Source of the DNA: Candidatus Methylomirabilia bacterium
GTDB lineage: Bacteria > Methylomirabilota > Methylomirabilia > Rokubacteriales > CSP1-6
Assembly (NCBI GenBank): GCA_041496385.1
Contig: JBGQEL010000142.1
Coordinates: 1-10,169 of the forward strand
Reading direction: 5' to 3'
DNA: 10,169 nucleotides
How positions within the stretch are numbered: position 1 is the first letter of the stretch; every line of letters begins with the position of its first letter. The translations under genes were made by a program, and so were the position numbers. Shown here piece by piece: positions 6,417-10,169 of the stretch. The notes under the pieces are model-generated. The model was given only the letters and a program-made list of their open reading frames with translations, did not search any database and was not told the origin of the DNA.

Positions 6417-7118
6417 ATGACGACGCGCGTGGCCGCGCTTCGTGGGATCCTCGGGCTGGCGCTCGGCCTCGCGACGCTCGCCCCGGCGGGGCGCGCCGGC
6501 GCGGCGGGCGTCCTCGACTTCGTCACGTTCGACGGGATCGACTACATCCGCTGGACGGAAGAGCCGGGCCGGGTCCTCGCGCGGAGCGACCTCGGCGCCG
6601 AGTTCGCGACCGTGGGCTGTTCGGTCGGCGAGGACGTCCGCGGCTGCTCGTACGGCGTCGACGCGTCCGCCGCCTTCATGCCGGCCGGCACGCGCGTGTA
6701 CGAGGTGCGCGGGTACCGGACCGAGTTCCGCCTCGCCGCCGTCTGGCAGGACCGCGTCTTCCTCTACCAGGCCTGGCGCAGCGCGCGCGCGAAGGTGGGC
6801 GGCGATCTCTACGACATCGCCGGCAAGGTACGCGCGGTCGACGTCCAGCGCGGCGAGCCGACGCCGGCGGCGCCGGGGAACCCGGTGGCGATCGCTTCGC
6901 CCTCGGACGTCGAGGCGCTCGTCGACCTGATCGTCCGCGGCACGGTGGGCCGGCCGCAGGCGCACGCGGTCGGCGAGCCGCGCTACTGGGTCACGCTCTG
7001 GCTCACCGACGGCACGACGCTCGGCCGATCCTTCTTCCCCGAGACAGGCGAGGTGATGGGTGGCCTGATCGTGCCGGCCGAGTTCGCCAGGATCCTCGGG
7101 CGCTATCTCAGCGATTGA
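6417..7118 (+). CDS. Secreted hypothetical protein, 233 aa
   Basis: N-terminal signal peptide (MTTRVAALRGILGLALGLATLAPAGRAGA, basic-hydrophobic-AxA), normal globular composition and G/C-ending codons. No family recognised with confidence. Confidence 0.78.
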   Translation: MTTRVAALRGILGLALGLATLAPAGRAGAAGVLDFVTFDGIDYIRWTEEPGRVLARSDLGAEFATVGCSVGEDVRGCSYGVDASAAFMPAGTRVYEVRGYRTEFRLAAVWQDRVFLYQAWRSARAKVGGDLYDIAGKVRAVDVQRGEPTPAAPGNPVAIASPSDVEALVDLIVRGTVGRPQAHAVGEPRYWVTLWLTDGTTLGRSFFPETGEVMGGLIVPAEFARILGRYLSD

Positions 7119-8173
7119 CCCACGGCCGTCGCGAGCGCCGGCGCGACCTCGTCGGCGAACAGGCGCATCGATCGCAGCGCGAGCGAGGTCGCGAGCCCCG
7201 GCAGCGCCATGAGCAGCAGCACGCGCTGGTAGCCGGTGGCGTCGAGGTACTCCTGGAGACCGTCCCGCACCTCGCCCGGCGTCCCGATCAGCGCCCAGCC
7301 GTCGTTCAGGTAGTCGCGGAAGGAGCGCAGCCGCAGCAGCGAGCGATCGAACGAGCCGGGCACGGACCCGCCCGTGGCGTCCGAGCGCAGCACCGCCATC
7401 TTCTGCTGATAGCCCATGAACGCCGGCTCGGTCACCCGCAACGCCTCGTCGTGATCGGGTCCGACGTGCACGACGCGCATGCCCCACGCCTGGCGCTCGA
7501 GATCTTCGATCTCCGCCGGCGAGCGCCCGGCGGCGGCGGCCGCCTCACGGTAGACGCGGTGCCGCCGGCGCAGCTCGTCCACCGGCACGAAGAAGGAGGA
7601 CAGCGTCGGCAGGCCCAGGCGGGCCGCCGAGACCACGCTGTCCGCGCTGTTGGCGGCGATGAAGAGCGGCGGATGCGGCCGCTGCGCGGGCCGCGGGCGG
7701 ACGTGGAGCCGCTCGGCGGAGTGGAAGCGTCCCCGGAAGTCGAAGGGCGCGCCGCTCCAGGACTGCCGCATGAGCGCGACGCCTTCCTCGACCCGCGCCC
7801 GGCTGTCGCCGCGCTCGGACTGGAAGGTCTGGTAGTCCTGCAGCGTGCCGCCCCGGCCGATGCCGACGTCGAGCCGGCCGCCGCTCACCACGTCGAGCAC
7901 CGCCAGCTCCTCGGCCAGGTCGACGGGATGGTGCAGGGGCAGGAGGCTCACGCCCATGCCGAGGCGCAGGGTCGTCGTGCGCGCGGCGACGAACGCGGCC
8001 AGGACCGGCGGCGCGGGGCAGAGGCCGTAGTCGTTGAAGTGGTGCTCGGCGATCCAGACGGACCGATAGCCGAGCGATTCGGCGGCCAGCATCTGCTCGA
8101 GGCCCGAGTCGTAGACCGCCTGCTCGCTCCACTGCTCGTCGCGCTGCATGAGGAAGAACAGCCCAAATTCCAT
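7103..8173 (-). CDS. LLM-class flavin-dependent oxidoreductase (bacterial luciferase-like monooxygenase), 356 aa
   Basis: The start is most likely ATG 8173 (MEFGLFF) with SD GGAGG, not 8572. Motifs AESLGYRSVWIAEHHF, TTTLRLGMGVSLLPLHHPVDLAEE, LDVVSGGRLDVGIGRG, PRPAQRPHPP and SMRLFADEVAP. Confidence 0.93.
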   Translation of the reverse strand: MEFGLFFLMQRDEQWSEQAVYDSGLEQMLAAESLGYRSVWIAEHHFNDYGLCPAPPVLAAFVAARTTTLRLGMGVSLLPLHHPVDLAEELAVLDVVSGGRLDVGIGRGGTLQDYQTFQSERGDSRARVEEGVALMRQSWSGAPFDFRGRFHSAERLHVRPRPAQRPHPPLFIAANSADSVVSAARLGLPTLSSFFVPVDELRRRHRVYREAAAAAGRSPAEIEDLERQAWGMRVVHVGPDHDEALRVTEPAFMGYQQKMAVLRSDATGGSVPGSFDRSLLRLRSFRDYLNDGWALIGTPGEVRDGLQEYLDATGYQRVLLLMALPGLATSLALRSMRLFADEVAPALATAVGQSLR

Positions 8174-8204
8174 CGGCCCCTCCGTGGGTGCGTCGTCCCC
8201 GGAG

Positions 8205-8233
8205 AGAATAGGCCGCCTCGCCGCCCGCGTCCA
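8205..8233 (-). promoter_or_regulatory. Sigma70-like promoter TGGACG-N17-TATTCT for the LLM gene
   Basis: The minus strand reads TGGACG (8233-8228), a 17-nt spacer and TATTCT (8210-8205), upstream of the SD and ATG 8173. Confidence 0.5.
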
Positions 8234-8253
8234 CCGGGAGACGAGGGGCTGGA

Positions 8254-8282
8254 TTGACCGGCCCGGAGTGGCATGGTATCTC
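8254..8282 (+). promoter_or_regulatory. Sigma70-like promoter TTGACC-N17-TATCTC with an extended TG, probably leaderless
   Basis: TTGACC at 8254-8259, TG at 8274-8275 and TATCTC at 8277-8282. The ATG at 8289 is 6 nt downstream and there is no SD. Confidence 0.55.
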
Positions 8283-8288
8283 ACAGCG

Positions 8289-9485
8289 ATGATGGGCACG
8301 CTGCCGCTCGAAGGTCTGCGCGTCCTGGAGCTCGGGCACATCATCGCCGGGCCCTCGGCGGGACTCCTGCTCGCGGACCTCGGCGCCGACGTCGTCAAGG
8401 TGGAGCGGCCCGGCGAGGGCGACCAGTCGCGCGGGATGCCGGCGGGCAACTCCGCGAACTTCCACTTCCTCAACCGCAACAAGCGCAGCATCGCGGTCGA
8501 CCTCAAGGGCTCGACCGAGGGCCGCGAGCTGTTCCTGCGCCTCGCGAAGGCGTCCGACGTCGTCATCGACAACTTCGCCCACGGTGCCGTCGAGGGCCTC
8601 GGGCTCGGCTACGAGGTCCTGTCGCGGGTCAACCCCCGCATCATCTATCTGGCGCTCAAGGGCTTCCTGCCCGGGCCCTACGAGGCGCGGCCCTTCCTCG
8701 ACGAGCTGGCGCAGATGGCGGCGGGGCTCGCGTTCATGACGGGCCCGCGCGGTCAGCCGCTGCGCGCGGGCGCGTCGATCGTGGACGTCGGCGCGGCGGC
8801 CTACGGCGTCGTCGCCGTCCTCGCCGCGCTCCAGCAGCGGGCGCGCACCGGCGTCGGGCAGAAGATCACCTCGGGCCTCTACGAGACGACGGTGTTCTGG
8901 GTGGGCCAGTGGCTCGCGAACTTCGGCGCCACGGGCGAGCCGTCGGTGCCGATGCCCGAGATCCGCCAGGGCACGCGCATGGGCTGGGGCGTCTATCAGC
9001 TCTTCACCGCCGCCGACCGCGAGCAGGTCTTCATCGGCATCACGTCCAACGCGCACTGGGAGCGCTTCTGCAAGGAGTTCGCGCTCGACGATCTCCTGTC
9101 CGACGGGCGGCTCGACGACAACGCCAAGCGGGTGGCCGCTCGCGGCTGGCTGCCGGGACGCATCGCCGAGGAGATGCAACGCTATCCGAGCGCGGAGCTG
9201 GTCGAGCGGCTGGAGCGCGCGCGGGTGCCGTTCGCGCCGCTGCGGCGGCCGGACCAGCTCGTGGACGACCCGCACCTGAACGCGACGGGGCAGTTCCTCG
9301 CCACGCCCCTGCCCGGCCGGGGCATGGCCAAGCTGCCGAAGCTGCCCGTGCGCAGCACGGCGTACGAGTTCGGGCTGCGCCGCCCGGCACCCGGGCTGGG
9401 CGAGCACACGCGCGAAGTGCTGCAGGAGTTCGGGCTCTCGAAGGACGAGATCGACGCGCTGGCGTCACGGAGGGTCATCGGATGA
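8289..9485 (+). CDS. Class III CoA-transferase (CaiB/BaiF family), about 398 aa
   Basis: Start at ATG 8289 or 8292 (MMGTLPLEGLRVLELGHIIAGP), not 8148. Motifs LADLGADVVKVERPGEGD, NRNKRSIAVDLK, SDVVIDNF, catalytic-Asp segment RAGASIVDV and APGLGEHTREVL. Confidence 0.95.
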   Translation: MMGTLPLEGLRVLELGHIIAGPSAGLLLADLGADVVKVERPGEGDQSRGMPAGNSANFHFLNRNKRSIAVDLKGSTEGRELFLRLAKASDVVIDNFAHGAVEGLGLGYEVLSRVNPRIIYLALKGFLPGPYEARPFLDELAQMAAGLAFMTGPRGQPLRAGASIVDVGAAAYGVVAVLAALQQRARTGVGQKITSGLYETTVFWVGQWLANFGATGEPSVPMPEIRQGTRMGWGVYQLFTAADREQVFIGITSNAHWERFCKEFALDDLLSDGRLDDNAKRVAARGWLPGRIAEEMQRYPSAELVERLERARVPFAPLRRPDQLVDDPHLNATGQFLATPLPGRGMAKLPKLPVRSTAYEFGLRRPAPGLGEHTREVLQEFGLSKDEIDALASRRVIG

Positions 9486-10169
9486 GCGACCTGCCCAGGA
9501 CCGTCAACCTCAAGGAAGTGGGACCGCGCGAGGGCTTCCAGTTCGAGAAGGGCGCGATCAGCCTGGCGGACAAGATCTCGCTGGTCGACGCGCTCTCCGA
9601 CACCGGCGTGCAGACCATCGAGTTCACCTCGTTCGTGAGCCCCAAGTGGGTGCCGCAGATGGCCGACGCCGAGCAGATGGTGGCGGGCATCAAGCGCGTC
9701 CCCGGCGTCGCCTACGAGGCCATCTGGCTCAACGAAGCCGGGCTCGAGCGGGCCGCCGGGCTGCGCGACGCCCTGACGCTGCGCCCGATGTTCAGCGTGG
9801 CGGGGACCGACACGTTCATGCGCAAGAACACCAACCGCAGCGTCGACGAGCGGCTCGAGGAGCTGCCGGGCTGGGCCGGGCGCTACCAGAAGCTCGGCAT
9901 GGACTGGTTCGACGTCGGCGTGATGGCGGCGTTCGGCTGCAACTACGAAGGTGACGTCGAGCCCCGCCACGTCGTGACCGTGCTGCAGAAGGTCGAACAG
10001 CAGGCGAACGCTAGTGGTTCGCGCCTGGGCGGCATCGGCCTGGCCGACACGATGGGCTGGGCCAACCCGCTCCAGATCAAGCGCCTCGTCGGCGCCGTCC
10101 GCGAGCGCTGGCCGGACGCGCCCGTGAAGCTGCACCTGCACGACACACGGGCGCTGGCGATCGCCAACG
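9482..10169 (+). CDS. HMG-CoA lyase family (DRE-TIM metallolyase), N-terminal about 229 aa; runs off the right edge
   Basis: Not in the ORF track. ATGA overlap with the upstream stop. Manual translation: MSDLPRTVNLKEVGPREGFQFE...IEFTSFVSPKWVPQMADAE...FMRKNTNRS...AFGCNYEG...LADTMGWANP...LHLHDTRALAIAN. These are all HMG-CoA lyase family hallmarks. Confidence 0.92.
   Translation, partial: MSDLPRTVNLKEVGPREGFQFEKGAISLADKISLVDALSDTGVQTIEFTSFVSPKWVPQMADAEQMVAGIKRVPGVAYEAIWLNEAGLERAAGLRDALTLRPMFSVAGTDTFMRKNTNRSVDERLEELPGWAGRYQKLGMDWFDVGVMAAFGCNYEGDVEPRHVVTVLQKVEQQANASGSRLGGIGLADTMGWANPLQIKRLVGAVRERWPDAPVKLHLHDTRALAIAN

Noticed and set aside
8148..8572. Long N-terminal extensions of the LLM (to 8572) and the third CoA-transferase (from 8148), implying overlapping divergent genes
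   Set aside because: Family N-termini begin at 8173 (-) and 8289/8292 (+), and promoter-like elements lie in between.
7545..9407. 620-aa minus-strand ORF, and similar antisense ORFs (1199-2518, 3691-4875, 6342-7487, 7115-8257, 9182-10141)
   Set aside because: They are antisense or off-frame shadows of well-supported genes and have no recognisable domains.
1..10169. CRISPR array, tRNA/rRNA, riboswitch, intrinsic terminators
   Set aside because: There are no regularly spaced repeats, intergenic gaps are about 115 bp or less, and I found no hairpin followed by a U-tract by eye. An Rfam/Infernal scan would be needed to exclude small RNAs.

Overview
Very GC-rich bacterial DNA (roughly 70% GC by eye), densely coding, with no rRNA, tRNA, CRISPR array, IS or integrase that I can see. 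It holds three distinct class III (CaiB/BaiF/Frc) CoA-transferases, two luciferase-like (LLM) flavin oxidoreductases (one cut by the left edge), an HMG-CoA-lyase-family gene cut by the right edge, an 827-aa secreted multidomain SxxK serine hydrolase, a Phd/YefM-VapC (PIN) toxin-antitoxin pair with a double-palindrome promoter/operator, a Cys-rich hypothetical protein and a secreted hypothetical protein. The gene mix is reminiscent of Ca. Rokubacteria-type soil genomes, but that is inference only. The most notable points are: (i) the PIN toxin has no usable canonical start codon and may start at an ATC behind a GAGGAG; (ii) the lyase has RE instead of the canonical RD metal-binding motif and is coupled to a CoA-transferase; (iii) a 12-bp palindrome provides TATACT on both strands between two divergent CoA-transferases; (iv) several + strand genes look leaderless; (v) the hydrolase has an unusual modular architecture. 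I see no clear large novel system. The window reads mostly as accessory organic-acid catabolism plus a TA module.
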